From Octopus sinensis (lineage: Eukaryota), in the NCBI RefSeq assembly GCF_006345805.1, contig NC_043006.1:65782001-65846000 (forward strand): DNA of 64,000 nt, written 5' to 3'. Of the stretch, positions 24,248 to 38,577 are shown piece after piece. Position numbers and translations under genes: made by a program. Each line of letters begins with the position of its first letter. Within the stretch, counting starts at the first letter, position 1. The notes under the pieces are model-generated. The model saw nothing but the letters and a program-made list of their open reading frames with translations. It did not search any database and was not told where the DNA came from.

Positions 24248-25879
24248 ACTTTCTCACCTTCCCAAGCATTAAACTAATACACCTCTTTTGTTGTTTATAC
24301 ACTTGTCTTTGTCTTTTGTTTTTTGTAAATCCCAACTATATGTGTGTGTGTGTATTTGTGTGTCTGTATCTGTCCCCCCACCATCGCTTGGCAACCAATG
24401 TTGGAGTGTTTACATCCCTGTAACTTAGCGGTTCAGCTAAAGAAAATGATAGAATAAGTACTAAGCTTACAAAGAATAAGTCCTGGGGTCCATTTGTTTG
24501 ACTAAAGGTGGTGCTCCTGCATGGCCACAGTGAAATGACTGAAATAAATATAAGAACAAAAGAACAAAAGAATACCTATATCTTCAATCTCGTATTTGTT
24601 TCAGTCATTTGACTGCGGCCATGCTGGAGCATTGCCTTGAAGAATTTTTAGTTGATTGAATTGAGCTTGGTACTTATTTTATCGGTTTCTTTTGTCAAAC
24701 TGCTAAGTTACAAGAATGTAAACTCACCAATACAAGTTATAAAGCAGTGGTGGTGATGGTAGTGGTGGGGACAAAGAACGTTACAACATACACACACGCA
24801 TGCATGCACATATGCATATACATACACACGAAACACATACAAATACACAGACACACAGATACATACAAGCACGCATAAATACATACACAAACACACACAC
24901 ACACACATGTAGATAAGACATACATACGCATACAAACATATATATACACACACTACATCACACACACATATACATGCAGATACAAACATATATACATACA
25001 AAGACACACACACACACAACACACACACACACATAGCAAGCTTCTTTCTGTTTCCCTCTACCAAATTCCTTTACAAGACTTGGTCTGCCTGGAGCTATAT
25101 AGTAGAAAACATTTGCTCAAGGTGCCACACAGTGGGACTGAACCCAGAACCATGTGGTTGGGAAACACACTTCTTACCTCACAGCCGTGCCCTCAATAGG
25201 CTTCTTTCAGTTTTCCTCAACAAAACTCACTCACAAGGCTTTGGTTGGCCAGGGTCTATAATAGAAGATGTTTACATAAGCTGCCTCACAGAGAAATTGA
25301 ACCCAAGACCCCATGGTTCTAACCTACACAGCCAAACCAAGACTGAGAACAGTTGATAAACGGCACTCTGTCGGTTACGATGACGAGGGTCCCACTTGAT
25401 CCGATCAACAGAACAGCCTGCTTGTGAAATTAACGTGCAAGTGGCTGAGTATTCCACAGACATGTATACCCTTAATGTAGTTCTCAGAGAGATTAAGCGT
25501 GACACAGAATGTGACAAGGCTGGCCCTTTGAAATACAGGTACAACAGGAACAGGAAGAAAGAGTGAGAGAAAGTGTTTCTGCTCAATAAACATTCACAAC
25601 GCCTGTATGGGAATCGAAACCGCAAACCTATGACCACAAGTCTGTTGCACTAACCACTAAGCCATTGTGCCTCCACAGCTGATAATACACAACAACCCAA
25701 CATACACATTTTCAGGGTTTATTTTCTTATAAAGCATATTTATATAGAATAGAGATTAATAATGAAGTTCTGACATTTCCTTGTGTTTTTCCTTCATGAA
25801 AATGGGTGGGGAACATCGTTTCTGTCACGATTTACAATGGATCCAGAATGCAATGTTGAGTTGGTTGACAAAAAGTTTG

Positions 25880-26614
25880 TATGTGTATATGATGTATGTG
25901 TGTGCATGTGTGTGCGTGTGTGTGTGTGTGTGTGTATAAGTGTGTGTATATGTGTGTTTGTATGTGTATATGTCTATCTGCATGTGTGTGTGTATGTGTA
26001 TCTGCATGTGTGTGTGTGTGTATCTGCATGTGTGTGTGGTGTGTGTGTATGTGTGTGTCTGTGTGTGTGTATGTGTATATATCTATCTGCATGTGTGTAT
26101 GTGTGTGTGTATCTGCATGTGTGTGTGTATGTGTGTGTGTATGTGTGTGTATGTGTGTGTCTGTGTGTTTGTATGTGTATATGTCTATGTGTGTGTGTGA
26201 ATGTTTGTGTGGTGTGTGTGTGCATGTATGTGTGTGTGTAAGCATGTGTGTTTGTATATGTTTATGTCAGTATCTGCATGTGTGTGTGAGTGTGTATGTG
26301 TGTGCAGTGTGTGTGTTTGAATGTGTATATATATGTCTGTATCTGCATGTGTATGTGTGTGTATGTGTATGTGGTATGTGTATGTGTATTTGCATGTGTA
26401 TATATGTCTGTATCTGCATGTGTGTGTGGTGTATGTGTGTGTTTGTATGTATATATATATATGTCTGTATTTGCATGTGTGTGTGTGTGATATGTGTGTG
26501 TGAGCATGTATGTGTCTGTGAGCATGTGTGTTTGTATGTTTATATGTCTGTATCTGCATGTGTGTGTGCAAATGTGTATGTGTGTGTGGTGTGTATGTGT
26601 ATGTGTATGTGGTA

Positions 26615-26669
<55 letters not shown>

Positions 26670-27350
26670 TTGCATGTGTGTGTGTGTGTGTGTATCTGCA
26701 TGTGTGTGTGTATGGTGTGTGTGTATGTGTGTGTATGTGTGTGTCTGTGTGTTTGTATGTGTATATGTCTATGTGTGTGTGTGAATGTTTGTGTGGTGTG
26801 TGTGTGTGTGTGCATGTATGTGTGTGTGTAAGCATGTGTGTTTGTATATGTTTATGTCAGTATCTGCATGTGTGTGTGAGTGTGTATGTGTGTGCAGTGT
26901 GTGTGTTTGAATGTGTATATATATGTCTGTATCTGCATGTGTATGTGTGTGTATGTGTATGTGGTATGTGTATGTGTATTTGCATGTGTATATATGTCTG
27001 TATCTGCATGTGTGTGTGGTGTATGTGTGTGTTTGTATGTATATATATATATGTCTGTATTTGCATGTGTGTGTGTGTGATATGTGTGTGTGAGCATGTA
27101 TGTGTCTGTGAGCATGTGTGTTTGTATGTTTATATGTCTGTATCTGCATGTGTGTGTGCAAATGTGTATGTGTGTGTGGTGTGTATGTGTATATATGTCT
27201 GTATCTGCACATGTATGTGTGTGTGTATATATGTATGTGGTGCGTGTGTGTGCATTTGTATGTGTATATGTCTGTATCTGCATATGTGTGTATGTGTGCA
27301 TATGTGCATACATATGTGCATGTGCATGCATGTGTGCACATGTGTAAATA
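25880..27350 (+). repeat. Compound (TG)/(TATG) microsatellite with internal 590-bp direct duplication
   Basis: Marker GTAAGCATGTGTGTTTG at about 26238 and 26828. Confidence 0.9.
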
Positions 27351-28480
27351 TATTTGAAACCAAACTCACTGCTGTATTTTCAGGTAAGAATTTCTGAAAA
27401 TGCTCAATAATTTTGTATGGCCATATCAGAATGCTAATTAATATAAACAGCTAAATCAGAATGTAATTAATGTAAACAATAAGACTTAAAAAGAAAACAA
27501 ATAATGAAATATATTTATTAAAAATATGATTTTATTTTATTATACATTTATTTTCACTTATACTTTCTAATTTTAGCCCAAGGTCAGAATTTTGATGGAG
27601 GTGGTGGTGGTGGGGGGACAGTTGATGAAAGGATGAACGGCAAAGTCTACCTTGGCAGCATTTGAACTCAGAATGTAAATAGCCAGAAGAAATGCAGTTG
27701 AGTCTTTTGTTGTGGCACCTGTGCTGGCACTACATGATGGCACCTGTGCTAACACCACATAAAAGGCACCAATATTGGCGTCACGTAAAAGGCACCACAA
27801 AAGAGCACCTGTGTTGGTGCCATGTTAAAGACACCCAGGTACACTGTGTAAGGTGGTTGGTGTTAGGAAGGGCATCCGGCTCTAAAACCCATACCGTAAC
27901 AGATGACTCGACCCTAGTCTAGCTCTCTGGCTTGCCAACTCCCATCTAACCACCCAACACATACCAGCATGGAAAACGGACATTGAATGATGATGACGAC
28001 AACGACGACGACGACGACGATGATGATAATGATGTGTTAATGCTTCTGCCAGCTTCTTGACTCACTGAGACTAATTAAACTGACTTAATTACCATTTATT
28101 TTAATTTATATAAACTTGTGGTTTATATTTCGTTTTATTTTATCTTATAGTTTAAACACACACATACATACACACACACTTTGTTCTTTAATCAGCAGAA
28201 AAGTTGTAATTGTTTGGTAAGTGCCATGCCTGGAACTCTTAAGCAACTCTCATAAATCATCCGTCCCCCACTCCTCAAAAGCAATGAATGCATTTATGTA
28301 TTCAGTTCTGTTTCTCCTGCTTGTTCCACATACATATATGTGTGTGTGTTTGCGTTTATATATATATATATATATACCGGAGTAAACACATAAATGTGAA
28401 ACAAGGTGGAAAAAAGAGTACTCAAATACCAGTGGTAGAGTAATATGCTTTATTTTAAGCAGCAGAAAATTCAACAAAAT

Positions 28481-28518
28481 CTGTTACTCTGAGTTTCTCG
28501 TTGCCGTTCATCAGACAG
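28481..28518 (-). ncRNA. Minimal hammerhead motif, left arm of inverted pair
   Basis: Reverse complement of 28619-28656. Confidence 0.55.
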
Positions 28519-28618
28519 TTTTTATGTGCCAGTTACGTGACACACACACATATATGTTTGTATGTGTGTATATATATATATATATATACAGGAGTGGCTG
28601 TGTGGTAAGTAGCAAAAA

Positions 28619-28656
28619 CTGTCTGATGAACGGCAACGAGAAACTCAGAGTAACAG
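28619..28656 (+). ncRNA. Minimal hammerhead motif, right arm of inverted pair
   Basis: CTGT-CTGATGA-A CG gcaa CG A-GAA-ACTCAGAGT-A-ACAG. 4-bp stem I, weak stem II with GNRA loop. Confidence 0.55.
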
Positions 28657-29090
28657 ATTTTGTTGAATTTTCTGCTGCTTAAAATAAAGTATATATATAT
28701 ATATATATATATAACTTTTACTCTTTTACTCGTTTCAGTCATTTGACTGTGGGCATGCAAATCAACTCCAGGACTTATTCTTTGTAAGCCTAGTACTTAT
28801 TCTATTGGTTTCTTTTGTCGAACCACTAAGTTATGGGGACGTAAACACACCAGCATCGGTTGTCAAGTGATGTTTGGGGGACAAACACAGACACACAAAC
28901 ACACACACATATATATACATATACATATATACAACAGGCTTCTTTCAGTTTCTGTTCACCGAATCCACTCACAAGGCCTTGGTCGGCCCAAGGCTATAAT
29001 AGAAGACACTTGCCCAAGGTGCCATACAGTGTGGCTGAACCTGGAACCATGTGGTTGGTAAGCAAGCTACTTACCACACAGCCACTCCTG

Positions 29091-29122
<32 letters not shown>

Positions 29123-29765
29123 TACAAACATATATGTGTGTGTGTGTGTGTCACGTAACTGGCACATAAAAAGCACCTTTCAAATGTAGGGCGATATACT
29201 GTGCTGAGAAGATCTGTCAAGCCAGGAAAATCATAGTCGTGGCCAAAGCCAGTGCTGTCTGACTGGCACCTGTGCTGGACGTCATGGAGGCAGTGACAAG
29301 TGACCAAGACCTTTGGTGATATGCTGTGCTTGTGTAGACTTGTCAAGCCAAGTGAGACCGTAGTCTTGGCTGATGCCGGTGTCAGGTCAATGGCACCCAT
29401 GCTGGTGACAAATAAAATCATCTACTTCACTCTTGAAGTGGTTGGCGTTAGGAAGGGCATCCTGCTGTAGAAGCCTTGCCAAATCAGATTGGAACCTGAT
29501 GCAGCTCCTCAAATAACTAGTTTTCAGTCAAACCGTCCAACTCATGCCAGCATGGAAAATGGACATTAATCGATGATGATGATATATATATATAATTTTA
29601 AGATCAACTTTTCTATGCTTGCATAGGTTGGACAAAATATATGTAAATGTGTGTGTGTATGTGTGTGTGTATTAAAAATACACACAGATGATGAATTTTA
29701 TACATTTATTGAAGGCTATCAAATCTTTATACACATACACATACACCTGTATATGTATATATATG

Positions 29766-29799
<34 letters not shown>

Positions 29800-31547
29800 T
29801 GTATGTATGTATGTATACAAGGCCTCATGACTCTTTCATAGAGAGAGATGTGAGGTCGAAGTACAAAGTGAATATATAAGACAGAATAAGATAGAGGAGC
29901 AGAAAAGGTGGTCAGGGAGGTGAGTGCGTGGGTGCGAGAATAGTGTGACAGAGATTAGAGATGGGGATTGAGTTCAGTGGAGGAGAAGTGAAGGAAGAAA
30001 ATAGGGTCCGGCAGAAGACTGATGGAGGAATGAGCATTACAAGATGAGTCGTAGGGGAAGGCTTGACAGGAACTCCCTTTTGCTCAAATGGACAAGTTTT
30101 CTTAAGTACAGCATATTACCATTCATCTTGATAACAAATACACACTCACACACAGCACAATACTTATTTATATACAGCTACTACTGTCACCATCAAACTG
30201 TGCCAAGTAGCCCATCCCGAGACTGAATCCATACAAGATTCCTTGGATCTCATCATACACAGCAACTGATAAACCTATCAAATTGTGTTAATCAGCATAT
30301 CACAGCAACGTTCCTCTTGTCAATGTTCTCGTTTGTTTCAATAGATTGTAGCAACTAGAGAATGTTGCTGTGTAGAAACAACTTTTGAACAGCTATTTTG
30401 CAAGATGTTGCTGATTCCTCTCTTTGGTACACATACAAGTGTTTCCTATCATCATCGTCATCATCATCGTCATCATCATCATCGTTTAACGTCTGTTTTC
30501 CATGCTGGCATGGATTGGACGATTCAACTAGGGTCTGAAAAGCCAGGAGGCTGCACCAGGCTCCAATCTGATCTGGCAATGCTTCTACTGCTGGATGCCC
30601 TTCCTAACACCAACCACTCTAAGAGTGTAGTGAGTGCTTTTTACGTGCCACTGGCACAGAGGCCAGTGGAGGCTGGCATCGACCACGGTTAGATGGTGCT
30701 TTTTACGTGCCACCGGACAGGAGCCAGTCAAAATGGTGCTGGCATTGACCACATTCGATGGTGCTTTTTACATGCCACTGGCACAGAAATCAGTCGGGGT
30801 AAGGGGATTGGCATCAGCCATGCTTGGATGGTGCTTTTTATGTACCGCTGGCATAGGGACCTCAACTACAAATTCCATTTGATTGTAATTTGATTTCATT
30901 TCGATGTTGATGTATTTGACTCAATAGGTTTTCTCATGCACGGCATGTCACCCTACAACCCAAGGGTACTTTCCTAGTATTTATAAAAGTAAAAATAATA
31001 TGGAAAATTGCTTTATCCATTTGTGTTACATCACTAAACTTAGTGGTTAGATAAGCAATGTATTTGGAGATAGTTAATGGGTTGGATGTAATACTGATGA
31101 GGGACCAACAGCTCTTGAAATATGTATATACACCTATATTCTATTGCATTATTTACATAGATGTATTCATATACAAAATATAACTTTCAGAGCTGGCTCT
31201 AAACTCTCTAGGAAGTCTGTAGCGATATGCTTAACAAATAAAAGTAAAGTATATTATGTTTTACTGATGCATTGTCAGGGCAGAGCAGCTGGAAAATGCA
31301 TCTGCGCATGTATCACATGCAAAAGGTTTTTTGAAATAGTGTATTGGCAGCAAAATGTCTCTTCACAGTTCAAACATTTGCAAAATATTTATCTGCACAT
31401 TCTGCTATCAAGGGTATGTGCCACTTATCTATATTATCAAATGCTTCCTTGCAATATTGGCACCACTTATGAATCAGCTTTTTCAGGTGAGCAATGACAT
31501 GTTCCTGCAACTTGGAAGTGTAATCAAAGGCTTTATATATATATTGC

Positions 31548-31710
31548 AGGAGTGGCCGTGTGGTAAGTAGCTTGCTTACCAACCACATGGTTCAAGGCTC
31601 AGTCCCACTGCGTGGCACCTTGAGCAAGTGTCTTCTACTATAGCCTCGGGCTGACCAAAGCCTTGTGAATGGATTTGGTAGACTGAAACTGAAAGAAGCC
31701 TGTTGTATAT
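31548..31710 (+). mobile_element. tRNA-derived SINE (representative of a family with about 10 copies here)
   Basis: A box TGGCCGTGTGG and B-box-like GGCTCAGTCCC. Body GGCACCTTGAGCAAGTGTCTTCTACTATAGCC...GAAACTGAAAGAAGCC. Also at about 5140, 8530, 23410, 25040, 28935, 60430 and 62130. Confidence 0.75.
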
Positions 31711-32088
31711 ATGTAGGTGTATATATGTAGGTGTATATATGCGTGTGTGTGTGTTTGTGTGTCTGTGTTTTCCCCCCAACATTGCTTGACAACCGGTTCG
31801 GCAAAAGAGACCGATAGAATAAATTCTAGGGTTACAAAGAATAAGTCCTGGGGTTGATTTGTTCAACTAAAGGTGGTGCTCCAGCATGGCCACAGTCAAA
31901 TAACTGAAACAAGTAAAAGAGTATATGTATGTATGTATGCATGCATGTATATCTGTCTGTATGTACGTTTATATATATATATATAATATACATATATATA
32001 TATATATATGTATGTATGCATGTATATATATATATATATATTATATATATGTATATATGCATATATATATATATATGTGTGTGTATGC

Positions 32089-32126
<38 letters not shown>

Positions 32127-32149
32127 GTATATACATATATATGTATATA

Positions 32150-32180
<31 letters not shown>

Positions 32181-32181
32181 C

Positions 32182-32213
<32 letters not shown>

Positions 32214-32305
32214 TATATATTAAATGGCGGTGCCCCAGCATGGCCACAGCTCATAAGCTGAAACTAGAATCAATCAATCAATCAATCATATATATATATA
32301 TATAT

Positions 32306-32881
32306 AACAATAATATTAAGGAATGGCCTTAATAGGCCATTCAACTCACTAAAACGAGCAGCTAAACTCAAACCGCTAAATAGTAGTAATTCAGAAATCA
32401 AAGGAAAATTAAAAACATTTACCCTAATCATCTTTGGACTATGCATAGCTTCGACGTACTTTTTGGTAAACCAGCCTATATAAACCAGTATATATTCCCA
32501 AGGCATCGATGCTGTTGCCTCGTGGAATATTTATTCCTCCTGGCTTCTTTGCCGATGAGATGGGCCAGTGGTAAATTGACTTGATTAAATTAAATTAATT
32601 TAATTTAATTAGGCTGGTTTACCAAAATGTACGTCGAAGCTATGCATAGTCCAAAGATGATTAGGGTAAATGTTTTTAATTTTCCTTTGATTTCTGAATT
32701 ACTACTATTTAGCGGTTTGAGTTTAGCTGCTCGTTTTAGTGAGTTGAATGGCCTATTAAGGCCATTCCTTAATATTATTGTTGAATGTACATTCTATAGT
32801 CTGTTGACTATTTTTTCTTTCTCACTAGACCTCTGGTGGCGAAAAAATTTCTATTGAATATTTTGCTACCCTTATATTGAT
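32306..32881. mobile_element. Diverged relative of the 486-bp element with 173-bp inverted arms
   Basis: Arms at 32306-32478 and 32610-32782. Shared blocks ATAGGCCATT, ATTAAAAACATTTACCCT, AGGCA-N10-TGCCTCGTG, and terminal GGTGGCGAAAAA...TTTTGCTACCCTTATATTGAT-(TA)n. Confidence 0.75.
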
Positions 32882-32888
32882 ATATATA

Positions 32889-32969
<81 letters not shown>

Positions 32970-33153
32970 GTACATATATATATATATCATCATCATCATC
33001 GTTTAGCATCCGCGTTCCATGCTAGCATGGGTTAGACAGTTCGACTGGGGTCTGGGAAGCCATAGAGGCTGCATCAGGTTCCAGTCTAGTTTGGCAGTGT
33101 TTCTACAGCTGGATGCCCTTCCTAACGCCAACCACTCCGTGAGTGTAGTATAT

Positions 33154-33201
<48 letters not shown>

Positions 33202-33877
33202 ATATATATATATATATATTATATATATGTATGTATGTATGTATATGTATGTATGTATATATATATATATGTATATATATGTATATATATATATATCATC
33301 ATCATCGTTTAGCGTCTGCTTTCCATGCTAGCATGGGTTAGACGGTTCGACTGGGGTCTGGGAAGCCAGAAGGCTGCACCAGGCCCAGTCTGATCTGGCA
33401 ATGTTTCTACAGCTGGATGCCCTTCCTAACGCCAACCACTCCGTGAGTGTAGTGGGTGTATGTATCATCATCATCATCATCGTTTAACATCCGCTTTCCA
33501 TGCTGGTATGGGTTGGATGGTTTGACTGAGGACTGGCGAGCCAGATGGCTGCACCAGGCTCCAATCTAATCTGGCAGAGTTTCTACAGCTGGATGCCCTT
33601 CCTAATGCCAACCACACTGAGAGTGTAGTGGGTGCTTTTATGTGTCACTGGCACGAGGGCCAGTCAAGCAGTACTGGCAATGGACATGCTCAAATGGTGT
33701 TTTTTATGTGCCACCTGCACAGGAGCCAGTCCAGTGGCACTGGCAACGACCTCGAAGATAACAAATTTCCAGTAATTTAATTTTTAGTAATTAAAAGAAA
33801 TCAGAAGCACTGTTCTAAGCAAAAAAGTACAAAGCACATCTGAGAAGCAATTATATTGCATAGTATATGTCTATATA

Positions 33878-33908
<31 letters not shown>

Positions 33909-33909
33909 A

Positions 33910-34490
33910 TCAGGTCATCCCATAAATTCTATCCAAATTTTGAATGAAGAAAACAAATGATCAAATGTTATATTTAATTGAAATTTAATCATCAATGTAC
34001 TTTCCCTAGTTATCTATGACTTCCTTCCATGTATTTACAAGCTTTTTAATCCCATCAATGTATAACTCTTTTGGTTTCAAAGCAAAGAACTCTGAAATGC
34101 CAGTTTCAACCTCCTCCTGCCTTGCGAAAGTTATGTCCCCCAAATGATTCTGTAAACTACGAAACAAATGGTAGTTTGAAGGAGTTAAGGTCGGGAGAAT
34201 AAAGTGGATGAGAGATTTTTTTCCCAACCAAGCTCTTCAATCTTCTGTGATGTGATCTTTTTAGTGTGGGGTCACACATTTTCCTGATGAAACATCACTC
34301 CTTTTTGATTCACTAAAGCGGGTCTTCTTTTCTTCAAAGCTTGGTTCAAATGCTCTAATTGCTGACAGTAGACTTGAGTATTGATTGTTGCATTAGGTGG
34401 TAACAATTCAAAGTGAATTACTCCTTTGCAATCCCACCAGATAGAGAGAAGAACCTTTTCCCCATGAAGTTCCCTTCTTTGGTTTGTTTG
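33910..34490 (-). mobile_element. mariner relic, 3' part + right TIR
   Basis: [39 protein letters not shown] (YSPDLAPSDYHLF-like). TIR TCAGGTCATCCCATAAAT after TA at 33908-33909. Confidence 0.85.
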
Positions 34491-34679
34491 TTCCCAAACA
34501 ACACTTATTTTAGTGCTGTTGAAATCGCCAGATCGAATGGTACCGCCTAGGTGTCGAAACCATAATGATATCTGAGGAGCAACTAATGATGGAGGTATGT
34601 TGGATTGTTGGTATGGGTGTGGAATAGAATCATAACATATCCTTTTGATACATATATATGTGTGTGTGTGTGTGTGTAT

Positions 34680-34767
<88 letters not shown>

Positions 34768-35504
34768 GTATATATGTGTGTGTGTGTATGTATATCTATG
34801 GGTATATATGCATATATATGTGTGTATATATATGTATCATCATCATCATTTAATGTCCGCTTTCCATGCTAGCATGGGTTGGATTATATATATATGTATA
34901 TATGTGTGTGTGTGTGTATATATATATATACATACAAGGTATAAATAATGGCCATTACATTTTTTTTCATATTGTAGTAAATTTGGCTTACAGATGTTTC
35001 TGGTAGTCATTGTAGGTTCATTATTGACAAGCACTCTTCCTTCAGTGTTGTTTGTTATAATCAGAAATGACTCTAATGAAAGCAGCATTAATGTTTTTAG
35101 GTTGTTCAACTTTTTTCAATTGATCAAGGGGCCATTTGAATAAACCTATCAATAACAAACCTATGATGACTACTGGAAACAGTTGTAAGTCATGTTTACT
35201 GCAATAAAGAAAAATATGTAATGACCGTTATTTATACCTTTGTCTTGTATATCGCTCTGACTTAAAACCAGTCTAACTGGAACACAATCATGGATTCACA
35301 ATACAGAATGGTGATAAACTATGACCTCAGACCCTACCACAAGAACACACGGAGTTCTTTCATAATCTAAACATTATTGTTAGCATGGTGTACCAACAGA
35401 AAGCTTATAAAGTATTTTGCCCAGATTGATAATCTCTCACTAATAACTCTGTTATGTGTGTGTGTGTGTGTGTATGTACATGCACACACATATGTACATC
35501 TATC

Positions 35505-35537
<33 letters not shown>

Positions 35538-36299
35538 CCTATCTATCTATCTGTATATATATATATATATATTTGATGTATTGTGAACATTTATAAAACA
35601 CAGCCCTGTATCATCTCAACAAACCATTAAAGATGGAGAAGAAAAGATGTTAAAAGTTTGATAACATTTTAATGGATTAAAAGGCTATCAAACTTTTATC
35701 ATCTCTTCTCCATCTTAAATTGTTTTGTTGAATTTATATAGGACTGTGTTCTATAAATGCTCATAATACACCTTATACTTGTATAATTTTCATATTTTTA
35801 ATAAAATGCTTACAATAATAAGCTACAAATTTAATATAAAGAATCTTTATTAGAAATCTAACTTTGGACCCCACAAAATAAAAATATTCTAATTGAACTC
35901 AACCTTTCTCGTATATATATATAAAAGGAGAAAATGGATATGATAACAATGGGAAACTCATGGTTTATGCTGGCATGTCTTTAATTAAATATAGGTAACA
36001 AAGAAGTAAGAAGCAGAGATGAGGATGGCATTTATGATCATTTCGATTTACTGGAGTAAGTAAATCTCTTCAGAATGCGAATATAGATAGATGCATCGGT
36101 TTAGGATGCGAAAATGATTGATACATATGTGATGGTAATATAAACAAATTGGTAATTCTTACATTGAAATTTTGTTCTTGCACTGGTAAATTTGCTGGGT
36201 GGAGGTTTGCTTGTAGTAGATTGGTTAGTTTTGTTGGGTAATTAGGGCAGGGTGAGTATTATTTATCCAGGCAATAACAGATGAATTGAAGACAGGCTG

Positions 36300-37491
36300 C
36301 CCTTGGGAGCTTCTCTATGCCATGACCTTGTTCTTATAGCTGAATCACTACCAGAACAAGAGAAGAAGTTTCAGGTATAGAAGCAAGGTCTAGAACCAAA
36401 GGACCTTAGATTTAACCTAGCAAAAACCAAACTCTTAGTAAGTAGGAAGGCAGACAAATCACAAGTCTTTTCAGGTAGATGGTTCTGCTCGATCTGTAGA
36501 AATGGTGTAGGTAAAAACTCCATAAGATGTATTCATTGTAAGCTATGGGCACAACAAAATCAGAGGAAGGTTATCAGGGAAAATAGCTTTTGTTTGTGGA
36601 AGATGCACAGGTACAATAAACATTTAAAATGTACACAAAATAGACTCCATCAACTGTCAGTAAGGCTGGGCCAAGTTCAGAGAGCTCCTACCTCTACTGG
36701 CAACAAAGGGCCTCTCCCTCAGAATGATAGGAGTACAGTGTAGGTTGGAAAGAATGTTTGACAGAGTGTAAGCATCTTGAGAGGAAAGTAAGGCATATGA
36801 TGTGGTGTGTAAGAGAGACAACTATGCTGGTATGGTCATGTGATGTGTATAGACGAGGACAGCTGAGTAAAGAAGTGCCGATCTCGAACTGGGGTGGGAA
36901 CCTGTGGTAGAGGTAGACCAAGGAAGACATGAGAGGAAGCGGTGAAGCATGATCTTCGAACTTTGGACCTCACAGATTAGTGAGCCTCAATGATTAATGG
37001 CCAAGACCTTTGGCAATAAGCTGTGCTTGAGAAGACCTGACAAGCCAAGTGAAATTGTAGTTGTGGCTGATGCTGGTGCCATGTAACTGGCACCCATGCT
37101 GGGGGCATGTAAAAAGTACCCTTCGAGTATTGGGCCTCAAGGAGGCAAAGTGCCCAAAGTCGGTGACACGTGGAAAGCTCGAGTGTTGGGTCTCACAGAG
37201 GCAATGACGAATGACCAAGACATTTGGCATTATGTCATGCTTGAGAAAACCCATCAAGCTAAGTAGAATCACAGTCATGGCAGATACTACCGTCATGCAA
37301 ATGGCACCCATGCAAGTGGCACATAAAGGCACCTATTACATTTTCAGAGTGGTTGATGTTGGGAATGTCCTCCAGCCATAGAAACCATACCAAATCAGGC
37401 TAGAGTCTGGTGCATCCTTCCAGCTTACCAGCCCTGGTCAAACTGTCCAACCCATGCCAGCATAGACAATGGAACTTAAATGATGATGATG

Positions 37492-37495
<4 letters not shown>
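36300..37495 (+). mobile_element. RTE LINE 3' part running into the 3' UTR and (GAT)n tail
   Basis: Same Cys cluster and RGRPRKT C-terminus as the 39.3-kb copy, continuing into the GGCAC...AAAAAGCACC repeat segment and ...CAACCCATGCCAGCAT...TTAAATGATGATGAT. Confidence 0.75.
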
Positions 37496-37524
<29 letters not shown>

Positions 37525-37533
37525 ATATGTATA

Positions 37534-38150
37534 CAGGGTGCGGTGAATAAACTGTCGTCTAAATTACGCAAAAATTAAAACAACACTGACATTTCATTTT
37601 GACAGATATATTTACCAAAATTATATAAAAATATCTTGAAATACTAAAGAGTAAATTTTTTTCAATAAAATCGGCATTGGCTTCAACTATGGCTTTCGGA
37701 TGACTTCAGAATCTCCTGCAACTCTTCTGGACAGTCTCCTTGTTTAAGTTGGTGAATGCTGCCATAATCCTTGCTTTCAGTTCATCTTTGATGTTTCAAG
37801 GAGTTTTGTTGGTCTCTCGCTCAACTGTGCCCCACACATAATAATCAAAGGGGTTGCAGTCTGTGGAGTTAGATGGCCAGATGTTAGGGTCGGTGAGGTC
37901 ACAGAAATTGTCTGACAGCCATGACTGGGTTCTCCTGAATGTGTGGCATGGTGCAGAGTCCTGTTGCCAGACATAATGTCTTCCAGCAGTCACCCTCATG
38001 ACCCAGGATAGTACTACCTCCTCCAGGCACTTGATGTAGGCTTCTTTGTTGAGATGAGGCTGTGCGGGAAGATGAATAGAGGCATAACGTTGCCATCACT
38101 AGTAATCACTCCAAACACCATGATGTTGACTGGATGCTTGATTTTCATCA
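37534..38150 (-). mobile_element. maT/DD37D-like relic, 3' part + TIR
   Basis: IMVFGVITSDG, YVWQQDSAPCH, WPSNSTDCNPFDYYVWG. TA|CAGGGTGCGGTGAATAAAC terminus. Confidence 0.8.
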
Positions 38151-38176
38151 CTTGCAGTATATTTCCTCATATTGAC

Positions 38177-38225
<49 letters not shown>

Positions 38226-38577
38226 TATATACATACATACATACATACACATATATTATCATCATCATCATCGTCGTTCAACATCCGCTTTCCAGGCTGG
38301 CATGGGTTGAATGGTTTGACTGAGGACTGGTGAGCCAGAAGGCTACACCAGGCTCAATCTGATCTGGCAAAGTTTCTACAGCTTGATGCCCTTCCTAATG
38401 CCAACCACTCCGAGAGTGTAGTGAGTGCTTTTTATGTTCCACAGTCAGGTGGTTCTGGCAACAACCATGTTTGAATATATTTATATATCTATATATTTCA
38501 TTAATTTGCCTGTACAGCCTGTGTTCACAGCCACCAGCAATGGTATCTTTAAAAATACTATCACTCTCATATCTACG

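Noticed and set aside
18886-34490. The two mariner fragments as ends of one 15.6-kb composite element
   Set aside because: Their TIRs read the same way on the plus strand, the transposase pieces are on opposite strands, and they overlap in protein coordinates with divergent sequence. They are independent copies.
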